The notes beneath the pieces were generated by a model. The model made no database searches, was not told the origin of the DNA, and worked only from the letters and a program-made list of their open reading frames with translations. A stretch of DNA of 64,000 nucleotides from Candidatus Cloacimonadales bacterium (GTDB lineage: Bacteria > Cloacimonadota > Cloacimonadia > Cloacimonadales > JAFGVF01): assembly GCA_963667035.1 (NCBI GenBank), contig OY762964.1, positions 259,245 through 323,244 on the forward strand, given 5' to 3'. This document shows, one piece after another, positions 1 through 9,954 of this stretch; positions within the stretch are counted from its first letter, which is position 1; every line of letters starts with the position of its first letter. The position numbers and the translations under genes are program-made.

Positions 1-801
1 GATTATGCTTTTGGAAATTTCAAGATTGTTCCAAGAAGCAATTCTGATATTCAACAACCAAGCATTAATATTCCGGAAATAAGCGTGGATAGTAGAAAAG
101 ATTTTATGATTCCCATTAGAACTTATGCAATTGATGTCTCTGAGGATATTACATCTTATGAGTTTCATCTTTCATATGATTCGGACATCATCTCAATATA
201 TGATACTAGTTTAGATGAGTCAGTCACAGATGATTTTAATGGGGAAGTTACTCTTGAAAATGAAGAAGATAACAAAGTCAAAGTTACCTGTAGTTTCCAG
301 AATGAGATTTTTGTGGATGACGATAATAGTCTTTTAATTTCACTTAAAGCAAAGCCTGTCGGTTATGGATCTTCCGAATTAGTATTTGATTCATTCTTGT
401 ATAATACTGATCCTGCCTTGCTTATTACTAATTCTTTTGTAAATATACCTTATGAAGAATCTAAACCTTATTTACAAATTTACACTGATGATAGTGATAA
501 GAACATTTTTAATCCTCATCTTTCATCAATAAATATTGACTATGGCTCAAGTGTTGACCGTTATACTGGATTCAAAGTTATTCTGAGTATATATAATTCT
601 AAGGGGCAACTAGAGAATACACTATTTAACGGTCATTTGGTAAGCTCATTTGGCGTAGACAGTTTCTCATGGGATGGTAAAGATAGAGAACATAGAATGT
701 TACCTCCGGGAATGTATATATGCCATTTAGAGATTATAAACTTAGAATCCGGTAAGAAACGAACAAAAACTCAGCCAATAGTTATATCAACAGAGTTATA
801 G
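1..801 (+). CDS. secreted surface protein, 5'-truncated by the window edge; cohesin-like beta-sandwich region plus FlgD-Ig/T9SS-type C-terminal sorting domain
   Basis: Frame 1 is open from base 1, so the gene starts upstream of the GTG at 85. The C-terminus (GVDSFSWDGKDREHRMLPPGMYICHLEIINLESGKKRTKTQPIVIS) resembles the C-terminal domains of the other T9SS-type cargo proteins in this window. Confidence 0.6.
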   Translation, partial: DYAFGNFKIVPRSNSDIQQPSINIPEISVDSRKDFMIPIRTYAIDVSEDITSYEFHLSYDSDIISIYDTSLDESVTDDFNGEVTLENEEDNKVKVTCSFQNEIFVDDDNSLLISLKAKPVGYGSSELVFDSFLYNTDPALLITNSFVNIPYEESKPYLQIYTDDSDKNIFNPHLSSINIDYGSSVDRYTGFKVILSIYNSKGQLENTLFNGHLVSSFGVDSFSWDGKDREHRMLPPGMYICHLEIINLESGKKRTKTQPIVISTEL

Positions 802-809
802 GAGTAGAG

Positions 810-1652
810 ATGAAAAAGATTGTTATTGTATTATTAATTGCTGTTTCCCTTCTATCACTCAATGCAGTTTTTGATGATTATGGCTCTTCTGCACGAGCTC
901 GTGGTATGGGTGGAGCTTTTTACTCAGTCTCAAATGATGCGTCAGCAGTTTTCTATAATCCTGCAGGTCTTGTTTATGCAGGGAATAATGTTATTGTAGG
1001 TTATACTGATTTGTGGAGTACAGGGTATAACAGTTTGATTAATGGAGCTGTCTCCTACAATCTTGGTAAAGCCGGAACAATAGGACTTGGGTATCAGTTC
1101 TTTGACGTATCATACGAAGATGTGACTCTTCAGTCAGAGAAAACAGTTGGTATTTTTCACGGTTTCACTGTTATGAAAGATATACATACTGAGTTAACTA
1201 TGGGTTATGGTGTAAATCTATATAATATTGAATTTTATGATCAGAATGATTCACAAACAGCTTTTGGTATTAACATTGGAGCTTTAGCTACTGTTAGACA
1301 GAGAACTAGATTAGCTTTCTCTGTTACTAATGTTAATAATCCAAAGATTGGTAAAGATTATGAAAGTGATCTTCCCCAAGTTTTTGTAATTGGTCTTTCT
1401 CATGTACCATATGAAAAAGTTACTACCTCTATTGAGTTAAAGCAAGAGTTTGGTGAAGAAACTCAAGTAATGGGTGGACTGGAGATTTCTCCTCATGATA
1501 TGGTTACTCTTAGAGGTGGTGTACATAATAAACCTAATGTAATTAGCTTTGGTGTGGGCTTTAATGTAAACAACATGTTAGTTGATTACGGTTATAACTC
1601 ACATTCAAATCTTGATGGCATACATCAAGTTGCAATTGGTTATAAGTTTTAA
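810..1652 (+). CDS. outer-membrane beta-barrel protein, PorV/PorQ-like
   Basis: Signal peptide followed by the motif ARARGMGGAFYSVSNDASAVFYNPAGL, typical of PorV/PorQ/FadL-like barrels. Alternating beta-strand pattern ending in ..VAIGYKF. GGAG RBS 8 nt upstream, 9 nt after the preceding cargo gene. Confidence 0.55.
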   Translation: MKKIVIVLLIAVSLLSLNAVFDDYGSSARARGMGGAFYSVSNDASAVFYNPAGLVYAGNNVIVGYTDLWSTGYNSLINGAVSYNLGKAGTIGLGYQFFDVSYEDVTLQSEKTVGIFHGFTVMKDIHTELTMGYGVNLYNIEFYDQNDSQTAFGINIGALATVRQRTRLAFSVTNVNNPKIGKDYESDLPQVFVIGLSHVPYEKVTTSIELKQEFGEETQVMGGLEISPHDMVTLRGGVHNKPNVISFGVGFNVNNMLVDYGYNSHSNLDGIHQVAIGYKF

Positions 1653-1663
1653 CGGAGGAACAC

Positions 1664-1951
1664 ATGGCTAAGAATAAAGAAAAGCATTCAATGTTACCTG
1701 CTTTTCTAACCATCTTTAGCAGTTTTATAAGTCCTTGGATACGTGACTTCAACCATAATAGTAAGATTAAGAAGTTTGACAAAACTGCAGAGAGGGTTGA
1801 AGTTTGTGAAAACTTGCTTGTAAAAGCTGAAAAGAAACAAAATGAGTTAAGAAAGATGATTGAAGACCTAAAGACCAGACTTTTTATCAGCTGGGGTGTT
1901 CAAGCCATTCTATTGTTACTTATTTTACTCAGAGTTTTCAACGTTATTTAA
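1664..1951 (+). CDS. small hypothetical protein with C-terminal transmembrane helix
   Basis: GGAGGA RBS immediately upstream of the ATG. Coiled-coil-like middle region and hydrophobic tail WGVQAILLLLILLRVF. Followed by an intrinsic terminator. Confidence 0.45.
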   Translation: MAKNKEKHSMLPAFLTIFSSFISPWIRDFNHNSKIKKFDKTAERVEVCENLLVKAEKKQNELRKMIEDLKTRLFISWGVQAILLLLILLRVFNVI

Positions 1952-1973
1952 GAATATCTTTTAGTTGTTTAAT

Positions 1974-2008
1974 CAGCAAGAACTTCTTAGTTCTTGCTGA
2001 ACTTTTAT
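1974..2008 (+). terminator. rho-independent terminator
   Basis: Perfect 10-bp stem CAGCAAGAAC / GTTCTTGCTG with 6-nt loop, followed by a T-rich tract. It overlaps the TTG-initiated extension of the lemA ORF. Confidence 0.6.
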
Positions 2009-2032
2009 GAACATATAGAAAATGAGGTAATT

Positions 2033-2626
2033 ATGAAAAAGAGTTTAATAATTCTATTAGTGATAATAGGAATAATAGTTTTAGGAATACTTGGTTTTAT
2101 TGGACGCTATAATTCGATGGTAAAGGCTAAGGTTCAAGTTGATAATATGTGGTCACAGGTAGAGAATCAATACCAGCGTCGCTATGATTTAATTCCTAAT
2201 TTAGTTGAAACAGTTAAAGGTTATGCTTCTCATGAAAAGGAAACATTACAAGCTGTTACGGAAGCTAGAGCAAAAATGGGTGGAACTATAGATGCCGGTA
2301 ATGTTATTAATGATCCTCAGGCATTTGCAAAATTCCAACAAATGCAAGCCGGGTTAAGTGGAGCTTTACAACGTCTTATGGTTGTAGCTGAGCGTTATCC
2401 GGATCTAAAGGCTAATCAGAATTTCTTAGCATTACAGAGTCAACTTGAAGGAACTGAGAATAGAATTGCTGTTGCCAGAAGAGATTTCAATGAGTCTGCT
2501 AATCGTTTTAATCAAATGATTATTACATTCCCTAATAATGTTCTGGCAGGAATGTTCAATATAACTAAGGTAGAATTCTTCAAAGCAACCGCTCAAGCTC
2601 AAGAAGCTCCTAAAGTAAAATTTTAA
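2033..2626 (+). CDS. lemA: LemA family membrane protein
   Basis: N-terminal TM helix, then YNSMVKAKVQVDNMWSQVENQYQRRYDLIPNLVETVKGYASHEKETL, the LemA signature region. Start moved to the ATG at 2033 (GAGGT RBS) because 1994-2032 overlaps the upstream terminator. Confidence 0.85.
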   Translation: MKKSLIILLVIIGIIVLGILGFIGRYNSMVKAKVQVDNMWSQVENQYQRRYDLIPNLVETVKGYASHEKETLQAVTEARAKMGGTIDAGNVINDPQAFAKFQQMQAGLSGALQRLMVVAERYPDLKANQNFLALQSQLEGTENRIAVARRDFNESANRFNQMIITFPNNVLAGMFNITKVEFFKATAQAQEAPKVKF

Positions 2627-2633
2627 TAAGCAA

Positions 2634-2660
2634 TACCCCATAAGAATTTCTTATGGGGTA
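2634..2660 (+). terminator. hairpin downstream of lemA (weak terminator)
   Basis: 11-bp stem TACCCCATAAG / CTTATGGGGTA with 5-nt loop; only a short T-rich tail follows. Confidence 0.4.
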
Positions 2661-2673
2661 ATCTATTTAAAGT

Positions 2674-3714
2674 ATGATTTCACAAGAGTTCATTAACAGG
2701 CATCTTAACAATAGAACTATTCTTTCATATTTACTATCTCCATTTTCAGTAATCTATAGTCATATCTTACTATTACGAAGGCTTATCCTCAAAAGGCAAA
2801 GTTGGAAAGCATCTGTTAAGGTTTTGAGTGTAGGTAATATAGTTAGTGGGGGAACCGGTAAGACTCCATATACAATTTATCTAGCTCACTTACTCACTTC
2901 GAGAGGCTATAAGGTCGCTGTTTCTCATAGAGATTATAAGGGAGGTTTTGAACATGATACTTCCGTTATATCCAACGATAAGGGCCTATATCCTATAGCT
3001 AATAATGCTTGTGATGAAGCTCTACTGATAGCTGAATCCCTTCCCGGAATAGCCGTAGCTGCCGGTAAGGATAGAAAGAAAGCAATAAGACTTCTTTTGC
3101 AAGAAAATCCTAAACTTGATTTTGTTATTCTTGATGATTCATTCCAGAATCTAAAAGTTTATCATGACATAGATTTTATCCTGTTCAAGACTCCTTCTCC
3201 TATTGGCAACGGGTTTGTAATACCGGCGGGTAAGCTGAGAGAATCATTAAAAGCTGTTAAATATGCAGATGTTTTAGTTGTTACCGGGGATAGTGAAATT
3301 CCCATTGAAATCTCAAGAAGTAAGAAGCCAATTCTAAAAGGACAGCACAGGTTAGCCGGAATCTATGATGCAACCGGGAAGACTATCAAATCAGAAGTTC
3401 TAATGGATTGTAAGATAGCTCTTATTTCCGGACTAGGAAATCCATTGAGTTTCGAAAAATCAGTTAAGGATAGTGGCATTGTTTTTGCTAAACATTTTAT
3501 TTATCCCGATCACTATGGCTATAATGATAAGCAAGACATGGAACAGATAAACAGTTACATAATTTCAAACAAAATTGACTATCTTCTTACTACCGAGAAG
3601 GACTTCGTTAAGCTTAAAAAATACTCCAAGTTACCATTGGCAGTTTTAAAAATCAAGTTTACTCCCTCAAATCCTGAGATTCTTTCAAGTGTCATCTCTA
3701 AGATTATAGATTAA
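2674..3714 (+). CDS. lpxK: tetraacyldisaccharide 4'-kinase (lipid A biosynthesis)
   Basis: P-loop VGNIVSGGTGKTP at the position typical of LpxK; length 346 aa; ILDDSFQN motif. Confidence 0.85.
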   Translation: MISQEFINRHLNNRTILSYLLSPFSVIYSHILLLRRLILKRQSWKASVKVLSVGNIVSGGTGKTPYTIYLAHLLTSRGYKVAVSHRDYKGGFEHDTSVISNDKGLYPIANNACDEALLIAESLPGIAVAAGKDRKKAIRLLLQENPKLDFVILDDSFQNLKVYHDIDFILFKTPSPIGNGFVIPAGKLRESLKAVKYADVLVVTGDSEIPIEISRSKKPILKGQHRLAGIYDATGKTIKSEVLMDCKIALISGLGNPLSFEKSVKDSGIVFAKHFIYPDHYGYNDKQDMEQINSYIISNKIDYLLTTEKDFVKLKKYSKLPLAVLKIKFTPSNPEILSSVISKIID

Positions 3715-3850
3715 AGTATATTCGGACTATTTGGAGCATTTTAGCTTATAAAGCTTTTAGCACTGACAAATATATAATAATCACAAAATAGTTGACAGAC
3801 GCACTAATAGAATTCGATTTTAGAAAACACAATCTTAAAGAGGAGTCGAA

Positions 3851-4924
3851 ATGAGAAGAATACTTATCCCAATCATACTATTAATAAACTCACTTGCGTT
3901 GATTGCCGAGGAACCATGGAAAGACTTTATCCCGGAACCGGATACTAATGCTTTTCCTAAGAAGTATTTTTGTCCCAAAGTGGATAACTCACCTGTGATT
4001 GACGGTATTATCAAGGATAGTGAATGGGTAAAATCTGAATGGACTGACAAGTTTGTTGATATTGAAGGCAAAAAAGCAAAGACTCCTACATATAGAACTA
4101 CAGTAAAAATGTGTTGGGATAATGACTATTTCTATTTTGCTGCTATGATGGAGGAACCTCATATATGGGCAAAATTGGAGGAGAGAGATTCTGTTATCTT
4201 TTATGATAATGACTTTGAGATTTTCATTGATCCTGATGGGGATACAAAGAATTATTATGAATTTGAAATGAATGCTCTTAACACAGTATGGGATTTGCTT
4301 CTCGTAAATGCATATAGAGATGGTAGCCCAAGTGCCATTGATTCATGGGATATTCAAGGATTAAAAACAGCAGTTCACATTGATGGATCAATCAATGACC
4401 CCTCAGATAAGGACAAGGGTTGGAGTGTTGAAGTAGCAATTCCTTGGAAAGTCCTGGAAGAATGTTCACAAGGTGCTCCACCTAAACATGGGGATGTGTG
4501 GAGAGTTAATTTCTCAAGAGTTGAATGGGATACTGATATTGCAAACGGAGAATACATAAAGAAGAATGCTCCTGAGCACAATTGGGTTTGGTCTCCACAA
4601 GGAATTATAAACATGCATTATCCTGAGCTATGGGGTTATGTTATCTTTAGAGAGGATGATAAAAAGGAGTTGCCGGAGAATTTTGTCATGCTTGAAAAAA
4701 TTAAATGGCAGTTACGTAGACTCTATTATAAAGAGTATACTTATTTTCTTAAAAATGGAGAGTATACAGATATTCCCAAAGATATGGGACTGGATGTTAG
4801 TCGAGAGTTCCCTCCTCCATATATTTTTATTACACCTAACTGGTATGAAGCAAGAATTATACATAAAGGATATTTTGTGAGTATTCAGGCTGATGGCAAA
4901 GTATGGGTTGAGAAAAAGCAATGA
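3851..4924 (+). CDS. secreted carbohydrate-binding family 9 (CBM9/DOMON-like) domain protein
   Basis: Signal peptide. IDGIIKDSEW..., MCWDNDYFYFAAMMEEPHIW and NDFEIFIDPDGDTKNYYEFEMNALNTVWDLLL match the CBM9-like pattern. GAGGAG RBS. Confidence 0.6.
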   Translation: MRRILIPIILLINSLALIAEEPWKDFIPEPDTNAFPKKYFCPKVDNSPVIDGIIKDSEWVKSEWTDKFVDIEGKKAKTPTYRTTVKMCWDNDYFYFAAMMEEPHIWAKLEERDSVIFYDNDFEIFIDPDGDTKNYYEFEMNALNTVWDLLLVNAYRDGSPSAIDSWDIQGLKTAVHIDGSINDPSDKDKGWSVEVAIPWKVLEECSQGAPPKHGDVWRVNFSRVEWDTDIANGEYIKKNAPEHNWVWSPQGIINMHYPELWGYVIFREDDKKELPENFVMLEKIKWQLRRLYYKEYTYFLKNGEYTDIPKDMGLDVSREFPPPYIFITPNWYEARIIHKGYFVSIQADGKVWVEKKQ

Positions 4925-6171
4925 GGATATTAATAAAGAATGCATTGTTTAATGGAGAGAAAAAAGATTTCTTTATTGATGGAAAGTATATAACGAGAAT
5001 TGATACAGCTCTCAATGAACAAGCTGATGTGGTCATTGATGCTACTGACAAAGCAGTATTACCTCCCTACATAAATGCTCATACACATGCCGCTATGACT
5101 TTACTGAGGGGATATGCTGATGACATGGATTTAATGGATTGGCTACAGAATAAAATCTGGCCGATTGAAGCAAAACTGACTGAAGAAGATGTGTATATCG
5201 GTACCAAACTTGCTTGCTTAGAGATGATAAAAACAGGAACTGCATATTTTATAGATATGTACTGGCATCTTCCCGGAATTTTTAAAGCAGTAGAAGAGAT
5301 GGGATTAAAAGCTCTATTGGCAGGTGTGATTATTGATATGTTTGATGATGTGCAAGCTAATGAACTTATTCGGAAGAATACTCGTCTCTATGAATATCTC
5401 AAATGGACGGATAGGATTAAATTCTGCTTAGGACCCCACTCGATATATACAGTTTCGGAGAAAAGCCTTAAATGGGTACGAAATTTTGCTTATGAGAACA
5501 ATATTCCTATTACTATTCACGTCTCTGAGACTGAGTATGAAGTAGAGCAGTGCCGGGAGAAAACCGGACTAAGACCGATTGAGTATCTTGAGAGTTTGAA
5601 TTTCTTGGGACCTGATGTGATAATTGCTCACGGTATTCACCTTAATGATTCTGAAATAGGAATACTTAGTAAGCATAAGACCATTGTAGCTCATAATCCT
5701 GTTTCAAACATGAAATTATGCTCCGGAACTATGCCTTTTCAAAAACTTATAGATAATGATATTGAAGTAGTATTAGGGACAGACGGGTGCTCTTCAAACA
5801 ACAATCTTAATATGGCTGAAGAGATGAAAGTGATGGCATTGATTCATAAAAGTGAAAGCGGTAATACTGAGCTGGCGTCAGCTAATGATGTATATGAAAT
5901 TGCAACAAATAACCGAGTAAAATCATTATTCCCGGAAACAGGATGCCTGGAAGTTGGAAAGAGAGCAGATCTCATTTTGGTTGATCTAAATCATTATCAA
6001 TTGCAACCTAATCATAATCTTATTTCTAACCTTGTATATTCAGGAACAGGTGACGTTGTCGATACAATGATTGTTGATGGGAACATACTTATGCTGAATA
6101 GAGTTGTTTATGGGGAAGAGGAGATTAGAATGCAGGTTAAAGAAGCCGTTAAAAATATCCTTAAAAGATAA
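4921..6171 (+). CDS. mtaD: 5-methylthioadenosine/S-adenosylhomocysteine deaminase (amidohydrolase superfamily)
   Basis: INAHTHAAMTLLRGYADDMDLMDWLQNKIWPIE metal-binding HxH region, later HVSE and GTDG motifs. ATGA overlap with the upstream gene. Confidence 0.8.
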   Translation: MRILIKNALFNGEKKDFFIDGKYITRIDTALNEQADVVIDATDKAVLPPYINAHTHAAMTLLRGYADDMDLMDWLQNKIWPIEAKLTEEDVYIGTKLACLEMIKTGTAYFIDMYWHLPGIFKAVEEMGLKALLAGVIIDMFDDVQANELIRKNTRLYEYLKWTDRIKFCLGPHSIYTVSEKSLKWVRNFAYENNIPITIHVSETEYEVEQCREKTGLRPIEYLESLNFLGPDVIIAHGIHLNDSEIGILSKHKTIVAHNPVSNMKLCSGTMPFQKLIDNDIEVVLGTDGCSSNNNLNMAEEMKVMALIHKSESGNTELASANDVYEIATNNRVKSLFPETGCLEVGKRADLILVDLNHYQLQPNHNLISNLVYSGTGDVVDTMIVDGNILMLNRVVYGEEEIRMQVKEAVKNILKR

Positions 6172-6193
6172 ATAATATTATAGTTTTAATTCC

Positions 6194-6228
6194 AGACCGA
6201 TGTTCTATCATCGGTCTTTTCTTTTTTA
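6194..6228 (+). terminator. rho-independent terminator of mtaD
   Basis: Stem AGACCGATG / CATCGGTCT followed by TTTTCTTTTTT. Confidence 0.7.
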
Positions 6229-6233
6229 TTGCT

Positions 6234-6395
6234 GTTTCATTCCTCTATCACAATTCATAATTCTCTCTGCCCATTTCCTTCCTACTTTCGAGACAGTCTC
6301 TTATCAATTTTAATAGGAGACCCTCAAGAGACTCGCAGGAATTGAACTACTTTTCCATAATTATTATGATAGAGCAATGAAATTATAATGAAACA
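6234..6395. repeat. intergenic nested-palindrome element (copy E1) lying between two convergent terminators
   Basis: 5' arm GTTTCATTCCTCTATCA (6234-6250) is complementary to TGATAGAGCAATGAAA (6367-6382), with a second AATGAAAC at 6388-6395. GAGAC occurs at 6290, 6317 and 6328 (the last two 11 nt apart) and inverted GTCTC at 6296. The 15-mer CCCATTTCCTTCCTA (6270-6284) is the exact reverse complement of 62471-62485. Confidence 0.5.
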
Positions 6396-6444
6396 CAAGA
6401 AGAAATCTGAAAGACTTCCCAAGTTATATGGACAGTTAAGAAGG

Positions 6445-6478
6445 TGCAAAAAAAGCCGGAGTAAAAACTCCGGCTTTC
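6445..6478 (-). terminator. rho-independent terminator of the 6515-8992 lipoprotein gene
   Basis: Stem AGCCGGAG / CTCCGGCT, followed on the minus strand by a T7 run. Confidence 0.65.
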
Positions 6479-6514
6479 AATATATTACTTATTATCTACT
6501 AAAAACTATCAATA

Positions 6515-8992
6515 TTAGTTTTCAATGTTATCATTTGTTAATGACTCGTAAATAGCATTAATAAGTTGGAATACAGGTTTAGTTGTATCGAACTCAAGTT
6601 CTACTGCATCAGGATCATCATTAGTATCTATCTGACTTTCCATATATGATAATGGGAATCCAAATACATATGCACAACCTTCAGTAAGAACATCTGCTTT
6701 AAATGCAACTGACTGCAGGTTATATTGTTCAAATTCATCTGGAGTTGGAGGTCTATTATCATCATACACTGATTTACAACCGAACTTAGCAACTGAGAAT
6801 GCAGTATGCTCAGCCATTGGGAAGTAAGTAATAGGTCCAAGTCCTTCGAATCTATCAACATAAGTACTGAAAGCAATATCTTCATTAACTTCTAGGTTAA
6901 CTGTAGTATCAGGAAGTAATTGGTCAGAAATAAACGCTTTAATGAAGTAAGGGTTCGCAGCAGCGTTAGTAGTAACAGATGCTGTGTATAGGTCTATAGG
7001 AAATTCAATTGAGTTTTCGAAACCAAACATATTTCTAAAGAAAGTTTTTTCTTCAGTGAAAGAGTTTCTAATTGCAGAATCTATATTTGCTCCACCGCTA
7101 ATAAGAATATTGCCACCTGTATGCATATAAAGGTTTAAACCATCATTCTCATCAACAAGTGCATTCTCTTCTCCGGGTGAGTCAGAATGATAAACAACCA
7201 GTTTGTATTTATTCAAATCTGTTGGAGAAATACGTCTTCCAATGTAATCCACATTATTCTCAAGAGATAATAAATCAAGATTATCAATTCTTGATACATT
7301 GCTGAAAGCAGTGTTATAGAATTCATCAGTGAATGCTTCAGGACTTAAGAACGCAGCTACCGGATGATCATCATCAATAATGATAACACCGTCTTTTTCG
7401 ATAGCCGGTATAGGGTCTTCTATTAAGAATTCAATAATTGCCGGAGTTTTATCAAATTCGCCTTGTAAGTCAACAGCTCTTACTTCAAATTTATGATATC
7501 CACTTTCAATACCAGAGATAACAATACTCTGTGCAATGCTGTGGTCAGCAGGAACTCTTAACCAGCTTTCTCCTGCATAAGCACCTGACTCATCAACTAT
7601 CTTGCGATCAGCTAATGGTGGATAATCATAAGCAGTACCATCTAATCTAAGGTCATAGTATTCAACGGAAGAGAAATAGTTTTCGTTTGTATCTTCATCC
7701 AAGAGAATATTAAGGGCACTATCATAAGGATTATCGGTAACAATTTCTTCGGAAGTCGCTTCATTTCTATAACCGAATTGACCATGGTAGCCCCAACGTA
7801 ACCAGATTTTTAAATCACTACTCCCTAAGCAGGAATAGTAACCGTCTTTGTTCTTGAACATTGCTGTTGCATAACTTCCGTCTGTTACAGGAGGGTCTTC
7901 TTCCAATTCTTTATAAAGATAATCGGTAAAATGGTTTCTACCTAAAGCATAAGTTCTTTCTTTGTAAATAATTGTTTCTGCATGATAGCCTTCTTTAACA
8001 GCAAAGCGAATGATTTTATCATCAGATTGAATTCCTGCCATATCTACAGAACGAGCAATAATTTCTGTATAAGAAGTTTGTAATGAGTTCACAAAGTCTG
8101 AAGAAATAGCCGGTGTTGTATATTTAGTAAGAAGGAATTCAGAAACATTTTCTCTATTACCATCTGTTTTTGTGTTATACCAAGTATTGTCAGCCGGTAA
8201 AGTTTGAATAACTTCACGAGTTGAAGCATCTCTTTTTAAAACTTTAAACAGATAATAATCTGCTTCAGCTTCAATGAAAGGATCACTATCGGCAATACTG
8301 AAATCAAGAATAATACCTGTTCCAACACTTGAGAGTTCTCTGGCATCAAATGGGTCAGGATCTTCTATTGCTCCCTTAGCAAGTTTTAAAAGACATTCAG
8401 GTTTCTCTGATTTTGCTTTAAACTTTCTGCTAGCAAGATTTGAAATTGATCCTCTATCATCAATACAGATAACTTCGAGAGTAGTAATTCTCTCTATAGG
8501 ATTTCCATCTGCGTCTGATGAAGGTAAGTTAATAGTAAGATATTTCTGATCAGACCAGATTGTCTTACTCTCTTTTGGAGCTTCAGCCAATGAAGTTTCT
8601 TGTAGAGCACCTTCTTTGAAATGCAAAACCCAACCACCACCGTAAAGCTCATTAACATCTTTAGGTACAATTGTATTTTCCATATCAATTACTGAATTAC
8701 CAGGAGTGCTGATAGGTACATTGTTTTCATCCAGTACACGATATGCATATGATGTTACTGTACCGTCTTTATCATCGGCATGCCAGTAAACTCTTTGTCT
8801 GGAATATATTACCAAACTATCGGGATACTGCTCATTATCGACTGATACATCAGTTCCTTCATAAGATGTGATTTCGATTGTAGGTGCTTGGTTAGTATCC
8901 TTATCTCCTTCTAAACCACATCCGTAAAAAAGAAAAGAAACTACTAATGTCAAAAGCAACATAGTAACCAATTTGTTACCTGCTTTCATCAT
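6515..8992 (-). CDS. large hypothetical lipoprotein
   Basis: Start moved to the ATGATG at 8992, preceded by GGGAGG. Lipobox ...VVSFLFYGCG. The 9118 start would overlap folD by 26 nt. No recognisable catalytic motif and no T9SS C-terminal domain. Confidence 0.7.
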   Translation of the reverse strand: MMKAGNKLVTMLLLTLVVSFLFYGCGLEGDKDTNQAPTIEITSYEGTDVSVDNEQYPDSLVIYSRQRVYWHADDKDGTVTSYAYRVLDENNVPISTPGNSVIDMENTIVPKDVNELYGGGWVLHFKEGALQETSLAEAPKESKTIWSDQKYLTINLPSSDADGNPIERITTLEVICIDDRGSISNLASRKFKAKSEKPECLLKLAKGAIEDPDPFDARELSSVGTGIILDFSIADSDPFIEAEADYYLFKVLKRDASTREVIQTLPADNTWYNTKTDGNRENVSEFLLTKYTTPAISSDFVNSLQTSYTEIIARSVDMAGIQSDDKIIRFAVKEGYHAETIIYKERTYALGRNHFTDYLYKELEEDPPVTDGSYATAMFKNKDGYYSCLGSSDLKIWLRWGYHGQFGYRNEATSEEIVTDNPYDSALNILLDEDTNENYFSSVEYYDLRLDGTAYDYPPLADRKIVDESGAYAGESWLRVPADHSIAQSIVISGIESGYHKFEVRAVDLQGEFDKTPAIIEFLIEDPIPAIEKDGVIIIDDDHPVAAFLSPEAFTDEFYNTAFSNVSRIDNLDLLSLENNVDYIGRRISPTDLNKYKLVVYHSDSPGEENALVDENDGLNLYMHTGGNILISGGANIDSAIRNSFTEEKTFFRNMFGFENSIEFPIDLYTASVTTNAAANPYFIKAFISDQLLPDTTVNLEVNEDIAFSTYVDRFEGLGPITYFPMAEHTAFSVAKFGCKSVYDDNRPPTPDEFEQYNLQSVAFKADVLTEGCAYVFGFPLSYMESQIDTNDDPDAVELEFDTTKPVFQLINAIYESLTNDNIEN

Positions 8993-9092
8993 AATTTTCC
9001 TCCCATATTTATCATCTTCGCTAAATTTATACTTAGGGATATTACCTTTATTTAATCTTTCTTTGATTAAGTCAATAATTTTTTTGTTGCCA

Positions 9093-9953
9093 CTAAACAT
9101 GATTAATACCTGATGCAATAACTACATTGTTGAGTAGTTTGTAAGTTGTCAATGAACCTATACCTCCAGGTACCGGAGTTATAGCTTTAGCCTTGTCATA
9201 ACACGCCTTATAATCAACATCGCCGACATATCTGCTATTACCTTCTTCATCAACTACTTCATTGATTCCAACATCAATAACTACAGCATTTTCTTTAATC
9301 ATATCTACAGACACAAAATTAGCTTTACCTATTGCAGCTATAAGTATATCTGCTTGAGTAGTGATACTTGGTAAATCCTTTGTTCTACTATGACAAACAG
9401 TGACAGTTGCATTTCCTGTAACATTCTTCCTTAAAAAAAGATTTGCTAATGGTTTTCCGACAATATTACTACGTCCGATAATCACTACATGTTTCCCGTT
9501 TGTAGAAATATTATTTGCTTCGAGCATCTCTAATACTGCAGCAGGAGTACAAGGTATAAAAGGAGATTCTTCCATAAACAATCCACCTAAGTTCTGAAGA
9601 TGAAATCCATCAACATCTTTACTAGGGGAGATAGCTTTGACAACTGCATCCTCTTCGATATGCTTAGGTAGAGGTTTTTGTAACATAATCCCGTCACAGA
9701 GAGTCGATTCATTTAATCTATAAATAATCTCTATGAGCTCTCTTTGTGACATCTCAGTTGAATGAGATAAGATATTTACTTCAATACCTATCTTCTTCCC
9801 ATTCTTAGCAAGATTCTGCACATAATAAGAGGCTGCAGGATCATTGCCAAGTTGAATAATACTAAGTGAAGGAGGTCTCTCCATTTCACTTATACGAGTT
9901 TGTAACTCATTGTATCTTTCTTTAACAATAGGCTTTGCTCTAAGTTCTTTCAT
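9093..9953 (-). CDS. folD: bifunctional methylenetetrahydrofolate dehydrogenase / methenyltetrahydrofolate cyclohydrolase
   Basis: Full-length FolD pattern (..PASYYVQN.., VIIGRSNIVGKP, PVPGGIGSLT). The ATG at 9953 lies 1 nt after the rny stop; the 9965 start in the track is a TTG. Confidence 0.9.
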   Translation of the reverse strand: MKELRAKPIVKERYNELQTRISEMERPPSLSIIQLGNDPAASYYVQNLAKNGKKIGIEVNILSHSTEMSQRELIEIIYRLNESTLCDGIMLQKPLPKHIEEDAVVKAISPSKDVDGFHLQNLGGLFMEESPFIPCTPAAVLEMLEANNISTNGKHVVIIGRSNIVGKPLANLFLRKNVTGNATVTVCHSRTKDLPSITTQADILIAAIGKANFVSVDMIKENAVVIDVGINEVVDEEGNSRYVGDVDYKACYDKAKAITPVPGGIGSLTTYKLLNNVVIASGINHV

Positions 9954-9954
9954 A

